A stretch of DNA of 64,000 nt. Source: an uncultured Candidatus Saccharibacteria bacterium (GTDB lineage Bacteria > Patescibacteriota > Minisyncoccia > Phycocordibacterales > SBAW01). The translations under genes were made by a program, and so were the position numbers. This document shows, one piece after another, positions 1 through 9,511 of the stretch. The DNA is taken from positions 104,687 through 168,686 of the forward strand of contig CAZTNI010000002.1 of the NCBI GenBank assembly GCA_964615415.1, written 5' to 3'. Every line of letters starts with the position of its first letter. The first letter of the stretch is position 1. Under the pieces are notes generated by a model. It had not been told where the DNA came from. It saw only the letters and a list, made by a program, of their open reading frames with translations, and did no database searches.

Positions 1-141
1 GGTGATCTTAAAAAACAGGGGATTGATTCCTCAAAAGGCTGTATCCGGTTTCCCTACACCAAGCCGCTTCCGACTGCACTCATCAAAAAAATAATAAAAT
101 TCCGCCTGCAAGAAGAAAAGATGCGAAACAAAATACAGTAA
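1..141 (+). CDS. C-terminal fragment of DUF1801/YdhG-like protein (runs off window start)
   Basis: Frame 1 reads GDLKKQGIDSSKGCIRFPYTKPLPTALIKKIIKFRL...*; KGxIRFP..KPLP is typical of the YdhG/DUF1801 C-terminus. Confidence 0.6.
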   Translation, partial: GDLKKQGIDSSKGCIRFPYTKPLPTALIKKIIKFRLQEEKMRNKIQ

Positions 142-145
142 AAGT

Positions 146-535
146 ATGAACAAAGAAATTCAAGCATATAATGCAGCACAAAGCGCAAAGGATAAGAAAA
201 TCTGTGCCCTTTTGATGCGCGAGATACACGCCAACCTACCCAAGGCTGAAAGTAAGATCTGGCACCGGAACCCGGTGTGGTTTTTGGATGGCAACCCAAT
301 TGTGGGGTATGACAAACTGAAAGACTGTGTACGACTTTTGTTTTGGAGTGGGCAATCGTTTGATGAAGAGGGGCTGGAACCCGAAGGAAGTTTTAAAGCT
401 GCCGAGGCTCGGTATGTTGATGTGAAGGAGGTAGATGTTAAAGCATTGAAGCGCTGGCTTAAAAAAGCACAAACAATCCAGTGGGATTATAAAAATATTG
501 TTAAACGAAAGGGGAAACTGGTTCGTATAAAATAG
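146..535 (+). CDS. DUF1801 (YdhG-like) domain protein
   Basis: KIWHRNPVWFLDGNPIVGY...RLLFWSGQSF...QWDYKNIVKRKG, a recognisable family pattern. Confidence 0.75.
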   Translation: MNKEIQAYNAAQSAKDKKICALLMREIHANLPKAESKIWHRNPVWFLDGNPIVGYDKLKDCVRLLFWSGQSFDEEGLEPEGSFKAAEARYVDVKEVDVKALKRWLKKAQTIQWDYKNIVKRKGKLVRIK

Positions 536-558
536 ATATAAGTGTATTAAAGAATAAA

Positions 559-1038
559 ATGTCCCAAGAGGAAATATTTCAACAAGTTTACGAAAAATAT
601 AAAAGTGTCTTTCCTGAGATGTTGCACAGCTCAGGTGGACTTCCGGATACAAAAGGACCTGGGACAAGTGATGTAGATATTTCCTTGTTTCATAAAGAGC
701 CCGCTTCTCTCGTAAAGTTTTTTCCAGAAGATACGGAAATGGACACAAGTAATCCTGGGAGAACCATTTATAAATTAAAAGGCTATCCGCGAGAGGTTAA
801 TATCTATTCCTCGGATGGAGCATGGTGGAACCAAGCTGTATTGCATAGAAATACAGAATTGGCATTGCGCGACAAGCATCCTCATTTATTCCAACAAGCA
901 TTCGCGTACAAAAAAGACCTCGGCATTTCCACCGAGGCAGCGTGGGCTAGGGTGCTAGGTCTGGGCGATGATTATTTTGAAATCCTTCTAGATACTGAAA
1001 AAACATTAAGAATTGCAAGTTCAGTTGGTACAAAATAA
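559..1038 (+). CDS. Hypothetical protein, possible nucleotidyltransferase (GrpB-like) fold
   Basis: 159-aa ORF with SGG-x9-SDVDI, resembling the G[GS]...DxD NTase motif. Confidence 0.45.
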   Translation: MSQEEIFQQVYEKYKSVFPEMLHSSGGLPDTKGPGTSDVDISLFHKEPASLVKFFPEDTEMDTSNPGRTIYKLKGYPREVNIYSSDGAWWNQAVLHRNTELALRDKHPHLFQQAFAYKKDLGISTEAAWARVLGLGDDYFEILLDTEKTLRIASSVGTK

Positions 1039-1039
1039 A

Positions 1040-1681
1040 ATGAAAGTGCAATTTCAATACGAGAAGGAAAAAGATATTTGGTGCCTTTTAAACAAAGGCA
1101 AGAGTTCTAACAACTCTAAAAACCCGACAAAGCAGTATGAACAACTTGTCGCTGCGCATGGAGAAAATCCTACTTTAACGGAGACGGCTGCGTTTATAGA
1201 AACATATCTTGTTGAAAATAAGATTGATGTGCAGGAACGTATAAAAAAGTTTCAAAAAGAGTGGGAGAGTGTTGCAGAAGAATATCAAAAACGCGCAGAA
1301 ACAATCTTTGGAGTTTCTCTCCCCGTCGATATTATTGCCTACCTTACTGTAAATAGCCGCTGCCCGTACAGTATCAAAGAGAACTCTTTTTATGTATCTT
1401 TACAGTCGGCGTCTGTCAAAAAAACGGCCATGCACGAGTTGTGGCATTTTTACACGTGGTACGGCCTTGGTACTGATCAAGAGGAAAAGCTAGGCAAGGA
1501 AAAATATAACGATCTAAAAGAGGCTCTAACTGTGTTGCTAAATGTAGAGTGCAAAGACCTGCTCCCAGAAGGAGTTACTGACGGCGGGTATCCGCAGCAC
1601 AAGGAACTAAGAGAAAAAATAGTAGAATTGTGGGGTAAAGAGAGGAATATAAACAGTCTTTGGAAATCTTTAACAGTATAA
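1040..1681 (+). CDS. Hypothetical protein with HExxH metallopeptidase-like motif
   Basis: ATG at 1040 immediately after the upstream stop; MHELWHF and downstream LKEALT. Confidence 0.55.
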   Translation: MKVQFQYEKEKDIWCLLNKGKSSNNSKNPTKQYEQLVAAHGENPTLTETAAFIETYLVENKIDVQERIKKFQKEWESVAEEYQKRAETIFGVSLPVDIIAYLTVNSRCPYSIKENSFYVSLQSASVKKTAMHELWHFYTWYGLGTDQEEKLGKEKYNDLKEALTVLLNVECKDLLPEGVTDGGYPQHKELREKIVELWGKERNINSLWKSLTV

Positions 1682-1693
1682 GAGCCTCTCAAT

Positions 1694-2056
1694 ATGAAAG
1701 AGACCACGAAAAAACACCGAGTATACACTATGCCTGTTGCACGCGTGTACCCTTTGTATATTACTAAGGCAGAGAAAAAGGGCCGCACCAAGCAGGAAGT
1801 CGATACTATCATCCACTGGCTTACTGGTTATACGCAGAAAAAGCTTGAGACAGAACTAAAAAAGGAGACAGACTTTGAAACTTTCTTTGCACAAGCTCCC
1901 AAACGTAACCCGTCGCGTAAACTCATTACGGGTGTCATTTGTGGCATGCGAGTTGAAGATATTAAAGAACCCACAATGCAAGAAATCCGCTACTTAGACA
2001 AATTGGTGGACGAGCTGGCAAGAGGAAAAGCGATGGAGAAAATCTTACGCAAGTGA
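1694..2056 (+). CDS. DUF2200 family protein
   Basis: [15 protein letters not shown]...ITGVICG.RVEDI...[15 protein letters not shown] signature. Confidence 0.85.
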   Translation: MKETTKKHRVYTMPVARVYPLYITKAEKKGRTKQEVDTIIHWLTGYTQKKLETELKKETDFETFFAQAPKRNPSRKLITGVICGMRVEDIKEPTMQEIRYLDKLVDELARGKAMEKILRK

Positions 2057-2133
2057 TCCACAAGAGATTAATTTACAAACACAATAATTCATGATATAAT
2101 CATATTTAGATTCCTCAATATAAAGGTGCAACG

Positions 2134-2721
2134 ATGGCTCTAAAAGTAGCTATATGGAAGAGGTACATCGACAAGAAAAAAGGTGCGCCGCCTCGCGAAC
2201 TACTTCTCGAGGCAGTGTCTCGTGTTCCAGGTCGCGGTACTGCTATTGATCTGGGAGCTGGACCGATGAACGATTGTCGTTACCTTTTGAATCAAGGTTT
2301 CGAGCGTGTGGTAGCTGTCGATTATGACGAGACTGCCGAGGAGTGCTCAAAAGAGTTTGCGGACGATGCCCGTTTTAGCTTTGCAAAGAGTCGCTTCGAT
2401 GAATTTCAGTTTCCTCTGGAGGTCGACCTCGTAAATGCGGCCTACGCATTGCCGTTCAATCCTTCGTGGACGTTTGCGGTGGTGTTGCAAGCAATACATG
2501 CATCACTCAAGAAGGGTGGCGTGTTTTGTGGCCAGTTTTTCGGCATCAACGACTCGTGGAATGTTCCGCGTACCGCAAAAACATTCCTTACTCGTGCAGA
2601 AGCAGAAAAATGTCTCGCCGAGTATGAGATTTTGAAATTCCTCGAAGAAGAACAAGATGGAACATCTTCCTTAGGAGAGCCAAAACACTGGCACGTCTTC
2701 CACTTTATTATGCGGAAATAG
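2134..2721 (+). CDS. Class I SAM-dependent methyltransferase (TehB-like)
   Basis: AIDLGAG motif I, VVAVD motif II, LKKGGVF, C-terminal KHWHVF. Confidence 0.8.
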   Translation: MALKVAIWKRYIDKKKGAPPRELLLEAVSRVPGRGTAIDLGAGPMNDCRYLLNQGFERVVAVDYDETAEECSKEFADDARFSFAKSRFDEFQFPLEVDLVNAAYALPFNPSWTFAVVLQAIHASLKKGGVFCGQFFGINDSWNVPRTAKTFLTRAEAEKCLAEYEILKFLEEEQDGTSSLGEPKHWHVFHFIMRK

Positions 2722-2831
2722 GTGTCTCACGGGTCTGCGTATCTACGCAGACCTTTTTCTTTTACAACAATAATTCGAGTAAACAAAAACCGCCACGACT
2801 CTTTCGAGGTGGCGGTTGCAGATAAGTATGG

Positions 2832-3389
2832 CTAACAAATAAGGGCTTTTATGAGTTCGGGGTACAAATACTGCTCGACTTTTTTGATCCTCTCGTGGAG
2901 GCTTTCAACAGTATCGCCTGGTAAAACCTTCACGGCTTCCTGAGCTAAGATGGGCCCGTCATCAAGCTCCGCAGTGGCCCAATGAATCGTGCATCCGGTA
3001 ATTTTGACGCCGTGTGCAAGTGCTTGCTTAACCGCGTCCTTTCCTTTGAATGACGGAAGCAGTGATGGATGCGTGTTAAGAACTTTTAGTTGGTACGCAT
3101 CGCGTGTAAACATGGCTGGTGCTAAGTGCGTTCTGTAGCCAGCCATTGCTACTGCGTGGATTCGATGCAGCTGTAGCTGCTCGAGCACGAGATTCGTATA
3201 TGCTTCTCGATCGAAGGTTTCATCGAAACTTCTTGGCACGATTGTGCAAGGAATGCATGCGTCTATGGCAATTTTCAGTGCACGGCACTGCCGATCCGCT
3301 AGCACAAACGCAATAGGTATTCGCTGCTCTATCATTGCGTTCAGTAGTGACCCAGTACCAGAGACGAATACTGCAAGACGAAGTGGCAT
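2832..3389 (-). CDS. purN: Phosphoribosylglycinamide formyltransferase
   Basis: FVSGTGS, LNTHPSLLPSFKG, TGCTIHW...LDDGPI; AGGAGG SD before ATG at 3389. Confidence 0.85.
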   Translation of the reverse strand: MPLRLAVFVSGTGSLLNAMIEQRIPIAFVLADRQCRALKIAIDACIPCTIVPRSFDETFDREAYTNLVLEQLQLHRIHAVAMAGYRTHLAPAMFTRDAYQLKVLNTHPSLLPSFKGKDAVKQALAHGVKITGCTIHWATAELDDGPILAQEAVKVLPGDTVESLHERIKKVEQYLYPELIKALIC

Positions 3390-3510
3390 AGCAGCCTCCT
3401 GTGTGTGATGAGCAAACCCGGCAAGCACTATAGCATAAAAGTTTTTGTGGCTGATGTAAGTGAGAGCGACCTGTGCCGTCTATAAAAATACATACTTTAT
3501 TATTGTATAT

Positions 3511-4089
3511 ATGACATCTAAACAAATAGGAGTGGGAGTTGCAGTGGTGCTTGCAGTTGCAGCAGCAGGATATTTTTTCTTTTTTGATGCTATAGCGAGT
3601 CAATTTAAGACTCAGAATGTAGATGCTATTCCTCAAAATGTGACTCTTTCTGGTACATACACTTGCTTGCCGCATCTCGACACGACGGGTCCCCAAACGG
3701 AAGAGTGCGCATTCGGTATCCGCACCGACGAGGGCGACTACTATGCAGTTAACTTTGGTCAGTCTGCAAGTGCGATGGAACAATTCCAAAGCGGCGCGCA
3801 TGTACGCGCAGAAGGCTTTGTAGTGATTAAAGAAGCACTAAGTTCCGATCATTGGCAAAAATATAATATGAAAGGCATCTTCACGGTGACGCAGATTCTT
3901 GAATCTTCGCAGCCGACTTCCGGCGCAAAGCTCAATATCCACGTGGTGTGCGAAGAGGCGCTCGCATTCATGACCTTCCCTGATGCTGCAGCTGCTGAAG
4001 CTTTTGTTGCCGAGTGTGAGGCGGGCGAGCATCCTGACATTATTGAGCGTTACAAGGCGGACCACGGCTATAACGGCGCCACTATTTAG
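3511..4089 (+). CDS. Membrane-anchored hypothetical protein
   Basis: N-terminal TM helix; CLPH...ECAFG motif; C-terminal 2-Cys domain. Confidence 0.65.
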   Translation: MTSKQIGVGVAVVLAVAAAGYFFFFDAIASQFKTQNVDAIPQNVTLSGTYTCLPHLDTTGPQTEECAFGIRTDEGDYYAVNFGQSASAMEQFQSGAHVRAEGFVVIKEALSSDHWQKYNMKGIFTVTQILESSQPTSGAKLNIHVVCEEALAFMTFPDAAAAEAFVAECEAGEHPDIIERYKADHGYNGATI

Positions 4090-4139
4090 GCCCACCACGC
4101 AAGACTTTTCTTTGCTCGGGTTATCTATATACTTGAGCC

Positions 4140-4535
4140 ATGGATATTAATTACATTGCCGTTTTCTTGGCAGCTTTATCAGCATTTGTTTTGGGCTACG
4201 TGTGGTACTCAGTAGTGTTTGCAAAGCCGTGGCAGAAGCTTATTGGTATGCACAAGGAGGGTGGCGCTGCACGTCCGCCGCAGATGTGGAAACTACTCGT
4301 TGGTTCCGCGATCATTCAAATTTGTATGGCGCTTAACCTTGCCGCCTTTCTTGGCCGCAATGCGGACTGGACCTTTGGTCTTTTTGCAGGTGTTGCAGTT
4401 GGATTCGGCTGGGTAGGTTTAGCATTCGGCCTGAGCTATCTCTTTGAAGGGCGCCCGTTCAAACTCTGGCTTATTAACGCAGGGTACAACACAGTCTCAT
4501 TCGTGCTTATGGGCGTTATTCTTGGTGCGATGTAA
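4140..4535 (+). CDS. DUF1761 family membrane protein
   Basis: INYIAVFLAA...G.VWYS..F.K.W...LFEGRPFKLWLINAGY. Confidence 0.8.
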   Translation: MDINYIAVFLAALSAFVLGYVWYSVVFAKPWQKLIGMHKEGGAARPPQMWKLLVGSAIIQICMALNLAAFLGRNADWTFGLFAGVAVGFGWVGLAFGLSYLFEGRPFKLWLINAGYNTVSFVLMGVILGAM

Positions 4536-4592
4536 TTGACGCGCTTCTTGCTCTAGATTTAAATAGAGGGAGGTGTTCATCGGGAGGAACTG

Positions 4593-4778
4593 ATGTTGGA
4601 TGTGCAAGGAGGTCCGGCTCCGGCTCGGCTCGCTTGCGCTTTTTGTGGCGCGGCGCTTACGGGACACCCGAAGCATGTCATGTGGCGTGCAGAGGGGAAG
4701 GAGGATGTGTTTTTTTGCAATCGTGTGCATGAACAGGAGTACGTAGCGGAGCAAGCTGCAACTTCTGTAGCAGCGTAG
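4593..4778 (+). CDS. Small putative zinc-binding protein (TRASH/MYM-like)
   Basis: CAFC...FFCNRVH; GGAGGA SD; upstream TTGACG promoter. Confidence 0.5.
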   Translation: MLDVQGGPAPARLACAFCGAALTGHPKHVMWRAEGKEDVFFCNRVHEQEYVAEQAATSVAA

Positions 4779-4964
4779 CTGCTCACCCCACGATTGCGTG
4801 CGTATGGCGAGGAGTACCCGGTTTCGAATGCTCGTAGCGAGCGACAAAGCTGGGAGGATACGTGCCCAGTACAAAAACCTATCGGGGAAGACTGGCGTAA
4901 GCCCCTCGCCCACCCTTTTTAACAGCTCGTAAGAGCTGTTTTTCTTTGGGGTACAATTATACAT

Positions 4965-5387
4965 ATGTGGATGGTATACGCATTCGGCTCTGCAGTCGCC
5001 GCGTCGCTCGTTGCAATTTTTGGAAAGATCGGATTACAAGGAGTTGATCCTACCCAGGCAACCGCCGTGCGCAGCGTTATTATGGCCGTCATGTTGGTAC
5101 TAGGTGCGCTGATGTTCGGTAAGTTTGCCGGGTTTGATATTTCTTCGCTCGGCAGCAAGGTATGGGTTTTTATCCTGCTTTCCGCGCTCGCGGGTGCTGC
5201 CTCGTGGCTTTTGTATTTTATTGCACTGCAAACTGGTCCTGCGAGCGCTGTGTCGGTGATAGACAAACTGAGTGTTGTGTTTGTGATACTGCTCGCGGCA
5301 CTGTTTTTAGGAGAAGCACTTACGTTGAAGAGCAGTATCGGCCTCGTGCTCACATTAGTAGGTACAGTATTAATTGTTTTTAAATAA
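4965..5387 (+). CDS. EamA/DMT family small transporter
   Basis: AIFGKIGL.GVD...ATAVR, SWLLYFIAL..G.AS.V..IDKLSV. Confidence 0.85.
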   Translation: MWMVYAFGSAVAASLVAIFGKIGLQGVDPTQATAVRSVIMAVMLVLGALMFGKFAGFDISSLGSKVWVFILLSALAGAASWLLYFIALQTGPASAVSVIDKLSVVFVILLAALFLGEALTLKSSIGLVLTLVGTVLIVFK

Positions 5388-5388
5388 T

Positions 5389-5865
5389 ATGAAAAAGAAA
5401 GACTGGGCAACGCTCGCGGGTTTTATTGTTTTTGCACAGGCTGCAGGGTTAATCGGCTCCTTTTTTACCATGCCGGCAATAGACAGTTGGTACCGCACAC
5501 TTGCGCGGCCAGACCTTGCGCCACCGAACTGGGTCTTTGGACCTGTGTGGACGACCTTGTTTCTTTTAATGGGTATAGCGGCGTTTTTGGTCTGGAAGAA
5601 GGGGTGGGGGAAAGTCCGTGTACAAGAAGCGCTCGGGATGTTTGTGGTCCAGCTCGGGCTTAATGTGCTGTGGTCATTCATCTTTTTTGGACTTAAAAAT
5701 CCAGGTCTCGCGTTTGTAGAGATCATGTTCCTGTGGCTTGCGATTATGGCAACGATCGTGCTCTTTGCACGGGTGTCTAAGTGGGCAGCGTTACTCCTTG
5801 TGCCGTACATTGCGTGGGTAAGTTTTGCTTCCTATCTTAATTATATGATCAGCATCTTAAATTAA
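5389..5865 (+). CDS. tspO: TspO/MBR tryptophan-rich sensory protein
   Basis: WY..L.RP..APPNWVFGPVWT, LNVLWS.IFFG, LLVPYIAWVSFA. Confidence 0.9.
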   Translation: MKKKDWATLAGFIVFAQAAGLIGSFFTMPAIDSWYRTLARPDLAPPNWVFGPVWTTLFLLMGIAAFLVWKKGWGKVRVQEALGMFVVQLGLNVLWSFIFFGLKNPGLAFVEIMFLWLAIMATIVLFARVSKWAALLLVPYIAWVSFASYLNYMISILN

Positions 5866-5874
5866 ACTACTTAT

Positions 5875-6258
5875 ATGAAAGGATTTATTGCAGATATTGA
5901 AGATGAGTCGTTGAGTAATGAGTATTTTCGCAAAGTGCTCTACACAGACGAACGCTTGCAGTTAGTGGTGATGAGTTTACAGCCGAACGAAGACATTGGA
6001 GAGGAAGTGCACCAATTGGACCAGTTTATTCGTGTTGAGTCTGGCGAAGGAAAAGCGGTACTCGATGGTGTTGAGCATGAAATTCATGATGGGTCAGTAG
6101 TAGTTGTTCCTCAGGGTGTGCGCCATAACATCATCAACACTTCAAACGAGCAGCCGATGAAACTCTATACCCTGTACGCCCCGCCGAACCATCCCGACGG
6201 CACCATACATAAAACAAAGGAAGAAGCCGAGGCCGCTGAAGCGCAGTACGAAAAATAA
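5875..6258 (+). CDS. Cupin domain protein
   Basis: FRKVLYT...QLVVMSL...DIGEEVH..DQF...HNIIN...KLYTLYAPP.H. Confidence 0.85.
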   Translation: MKGFIADIEDESLSNEYFRKVLYTDERLQLVVMSLQPNEDIGEEVHQLDQFIRVESGEGKAVLDGVEHEIHDGSVVVVPQGVRHNIINTSNEQPMKLYTLYAPPNHPDGTIHKTKEEAEAAEAQYEK

Positions 6259-6260
6259 AA

Positions 6261-6286
6261 CAGGCCACTCCCTTGGGAGTGGCCTG
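6261..6286. terminator. Bidirectional intrinsic terminator
   Basis: CAGGCCACTCC-cttg-GGAGTGGCCTG hairpin between convergent genes. Confidence 0.7.
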
Positions 6287-6299
6287 TTGTTGTAGATGG

Positions 6300-6794
6300 T
6301 TATTCCGGAACGGATGCGAGGAGTTGCCGAACTGCGTCGCGAATCTCGTTCGAGATAAATACAGAAATGTTCGGGTCGCCCTGGGCACCTGCTCCTGGGT
6401 GAGGAATGTTGAGGTAGTTCCCGAAGCGGATGAAGCGTCCCTGCACCGAAGCATGCGCTCCATAGCGGTTGGCAAAATCAGCCATCTCTGCAGGTTGCTC
6501 AGAAAAACGGACCTCTTTCAGTCCAAACGCAACTTCAAGTTCCTTGCTGGTTACTTGAGTCTGGCCCCGTACAGAACCATCGATGTGGTGCACTTCCCAT
6601 ATAAGGCGCCACTCATCCGGTACGTCCGCCAGTTGTATGGTGAGGGTGGCTACTTCTCCATTTCGGATAACGAGCATGTTGCGCTCAAAATCGGGCTTGT
6701 CCGGCACCATTTTGTCGCCATGTCCAACCCACCAATCGGGTGGAAATGTTGCACGACGAGCCACGGGTCGTTCAGAAGTTGCAAGGGTCTGCAT
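6300..6794 (-). CDS. Hypothetical protein
   Basis: 164-aa ORF with AAGGAGG SD, ending at the terminator. Confidence 0.6.
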   Translation of the reverse strand: MQTLATSERPVARRATFPPDWWVGHGDKMVPDKPDFERNMLVIRNGEVATLTIQLADVPDEWRLIWEVHHIDGSVRGQTQVTSKELEVAFGLKEVRFSEQPAEMADFANRYGAHASVQGRFIRFGNYLNIPHPGAGAQGDPNISVFISNEIRDAVRQLLASVPE

Positions 6795-6862
6795 GTAGTC
6801 CTCCTTAGGGTTAAAGCGACTTCCGCTTGCAGACTACCATACCTTTATAAAATGAACTATAT

Positions 6863-7387
6863 TTGCATAAGGAGTTTTTTAGAAAGGAGAAACGCGTGTC
6901 GCAAGATCCAATTCGCGCAGTCATTGGTGTGTGGTATCGGCGTGAGCCGGTAACCAACATGCTGCAGACATTCTACGTTCGCCGGTCCGAGTCTATGAAA
7001 AATTATCCTGGTGTGTGGAGTCTTCCGTCCTATCAGTATCGCCCGGATGATCTTCCTGATCCGATGGATCATGAAAGTGTTAGTGCGCTGTTTTCGGCCA
7101 TGAGTCGAGAACGCTTCCTTGGGGCGCCCGTAACCGTGCTCGAGTTTTTAACGGCCGGCCGATCGGATGATAACCCAATGGGCAGAATGGTGGAGTTGCT
7201 GCTGTATCGTATTGCGTTTGAGTATCCGCCACTCTTGCATTCTGCGTTTTATATCGACGCTGCGTGGTTAACGTCGCCGGAGTATGAACTGCGTACTGTG
7301 GGAGCTGCTATCGAGTGCGGTCTGTGCACGCATTTGTGGCGGGCATACGAATACGACACCTTGCTTAGCACTTCTGCGGCATCATAA
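6863..7387 (+). CDS. Hypothetical protein, degenerate Nudix-like fold
   Basis: VRRS..MKNYPGVWSLP resembles a Nudix N-terminal segment, but the canonical Nudix box is absent; start uncertain. Confidence 0.45.
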   Translation: MHKEFFRKEKRVSQDPIRAVIGVWYRREPVTNMLQTFYVRRSESMKNYPGVWSLPSYQYRPDDLPDPMDHESVSALFSAMSRERFLGAPVTVLEFLTAGRSDDNPMGRMVELLLYRIAFEYPPLLHSAFYIDAAWLTSPEYELRTVGAAIECGLCTHLWRAYEYDTLLSTSAAS

Positions 7388-7413
7388 AGCCGCTCCCTAG
7401 GGAGCGGCTTTTC

Positions 7414-8907
7414 TTATTTCAATATTTCCCACATGCCGGGGGACTGTGCGCCGCCCATACTGAAGACTGCTACGCCGCGCACACCTAAGCGCTTCGCAAG
7501 AGCTACCTTGTCGGCAATAGCTTGTGCATCGCTCCATGTCATGTAGTTAAATGGCTGCAGAGAATTTCCTAATTGTGACCCGAGATTTTGTGTTACAGAA
7601 GTCGTCGGTGTTGTTTGTTGTGTTTGCGTTGATTCGCTTCCTGTTGGCGCAAGTGTTGCAAGCTGGGAAGGGTAGTACGTAAAGCCAACTTCGTTTGCAC
7701 TGGTGCGCAGCGGTGTAATGCCAAGCTTTGCAGCAATATCAGTTGCATACTTGGGGTTAAATGCCCAGAGTCGTTGATATTTAAAACTACCATCTGCTTG
7801 CGGCGTTACTTCGTACTCGTAGCCGTAGGTTGCAACACCGACAATAATTTTGTTGCGCGAAATAGTTTGCGCAGCAAGGGTTACAAGAGTTTCTACCCAG
7901 CCGGTATCTGCAACCGGTGCATATGGCGCGGAACGCGCGATGTTAAGTCGGCGGTCGACGGTGCCTTGGTCGTAAGCCATTATTTCCACACGGTCGCAAT
8001 ACTTATTGAGCGCGTAGTAGTCGTTTGCGTAGTTGGTGGCATCTGGCGGAATCGTTTGTCCGGGTAAGTAGCGATTCTCAAGTGGCATGCGGGCCTCGAT
8101 GGTGCAGTAGACCCACTTGTTGCCCATACGTTGATACAGCCCTTTGAGGAATGTTGAGAAGTAATCTATTGTTTCGTGTTTCTTCGCTTCGAAGTCGATG
8201 TCAATGCCATCCCAGCCCTGCGCTTTCACAAGCGCAGCAATCTCATCCTCAAGCGCGATACGCGTTGTTTGGTTACTCAAGATGCGATGCATCTCTTCGC
8301 CGTCTCCCCACATAATAGAAGGTACTACGCGTACGTTTTGACGTTTTGCTTCTGCAATGAATGAAAGCCAAGGCTCTTTGTTGGTTATGCCGGTGCGGTC
8401 TACCAACTTTCCATTACTGTCTACACTAAGGGCAAACGGCATCACGCTTTTAAGTTGTGACAGACGGGGAAGTACGTCTTGTGTTGCAGATGCTACTCTC
8501 CAGTCGGGAAGCCATCCAGAAAATTCAAATGCTCCTGTTGCGCGGGGAGTTAAAGCCCCGCTGATAGTTCCGGGGTTTTGTATTCCTGGTACAACAGAGG
8601 TGCTGCCCAGACCGAGTGCAGCTTGGGTGCGAGGTCCAACAATGCCATACCCCGAGACGGCCGCTCCCGAGCAAATGATGCCTTTGTCGCACTGAAATTT
8701 TTTAACTGCTGCTTCAGTGAGTGGTCCAAAGTATCCCGTATTTTTTCCTGCTGCCAAGTATCCCTGAGCGATAAGTGTGTTTTGGAGTGCAGTCACGTCG
8801 CTGCCAGACATGCCGGAAGAAAGCGAACGTGTCGCAGCAAAAGTAGTAAGAGGGGATGCAAAGGCACAAGCGAACACAATAGATGTAAATACAAAAAAGC
8901 GCTTCAT
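7414..8907 (-). CDS. Secreted GH18 glycoside hydrolase with N-terminal peptidoglycan-binding domain
   Basis: Signal peptide; G.DVTALQ..L...GY...TGYFGPLTEAAVKKFQ (PG_binding_1); DGIDIDFE catalytic motif; IMAYD. Confidence 0.85.
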   Translation of the reverse strand: MKRFFVFTSIVFACAFASPLTTFAATRSLSSGMSGSDVTALQNTLIAQGYLAAGKNTGYFGPLTEAAVKKFQCDKGIICSGAAVSGYGIVGPRTQAALGLGSTSVVPGIQNPGTISGALTPRATGAFEFSGWLPDWRVASATQDVLPRLSQLKSVMPFALSVDSNGKLVDRTGITNKEPWLSFIAEAKRQNVRVVPSIMWGDGEEMHRILSNQTTRIALEDEIAALVKAQGWDGIDIDFEAKKHETIDYFSTFLKGLYQRMGNKWVYCTIEARMPLENRYLPGQTIPPDATNYANDYYALNKYCDRVEIMAYDQGTVDRRLNIARSAPYAPVADTGWVETLVTLAAQTISRNKIIVGVATYGYEYEVTPQADGSFKYQRLWAFNPKYATDIAAKLGITPLRTSANEVGFTYYPSQLATLAPTGSESTQTQQTTPTTSVTQNLGSQLGNSLQPFNYMTWSDAQAIADKVALAKRLGVRGVAVFSMGGAQSPGMWEILK

Positions 8908-8996
8908 ATTTTTATATAGTAACAGACGAAGTTGAGTAAACAGTCTTACTGCTCTAGATGAGCGTACGTGTATGTAAATGATGTTATGCTGAAGTT

Positions 8997-9491
8997 ATGC
9001 GCGAGAGAGGTTTTACTCTTATTGAGCTTTTGGTAGTCATCGCTATTATCGGCATTTTGGCAGGACTTGTGTTGAGTTCTCTGAGCACAGCGCGTACTAA
9101 CGCGCGGACCGCTGCTATTAAATCCGGTGTAAATGAATTTCGTAAATTAATGGAGTTCGAATATATAGCGACCGGGAGTTACACCAATTTAAATAAACTG
9201 TGGGTAGGAACGGGCACGTCTTGCGCGGCGCGCGGTTACGCAGGTGCATATGCAGCCAAAGCAGTTGAGATCTGCGAAAATTTGATAAATAATATCGGCA
9301 GTAGTGTGACGCTTGCGTTCCATACCGGAGTAGATACAGCGAGCGGATTCAGTAATGCAAGCCAGTATGCCATCATGGCTCGTCTGCCGAGTGGTACGTT
9401 TTATTGTGTTGGTTCGAGCGGCAAAACCTCTGATACAGAAAACGGTTCAGGCGGTGTGTGGGCGTCACCCGGGTGTTGGGGAAATCCGTAA
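8997..9491 (+). CDS. Type IV pilin / pseudopilin
   Basis: Prepilin motif RGFTLIELLVVIAIIGILA. Confidence 0.9.
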   Translation: MRERGFTLIELLVVIAIIGILAGLVLSSLSTARTNARTAAIKSGVNEFRKLMEFEYIATGSYTNLNKLWVGTGTSCAARGYAGAYAAKAVEICENLINNIGSSVTLAFHTGVDTASGFSNASQYAIMARLPSGTFYCVGSSGKTSDTENGSGGVWASPGCWGNP

Positions 9492-9511
9492 AATAATAAT
9501 CTTTATTACAT

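Noticed and set aside
4776-4922. TAG readthrough or recoding of the small Zn-finger gene (frame stays open about 47 codons)
   Set aside because: TAG, TGA and TAA all terminate conserved genes in this window, and a short open stretch is expected by chance.
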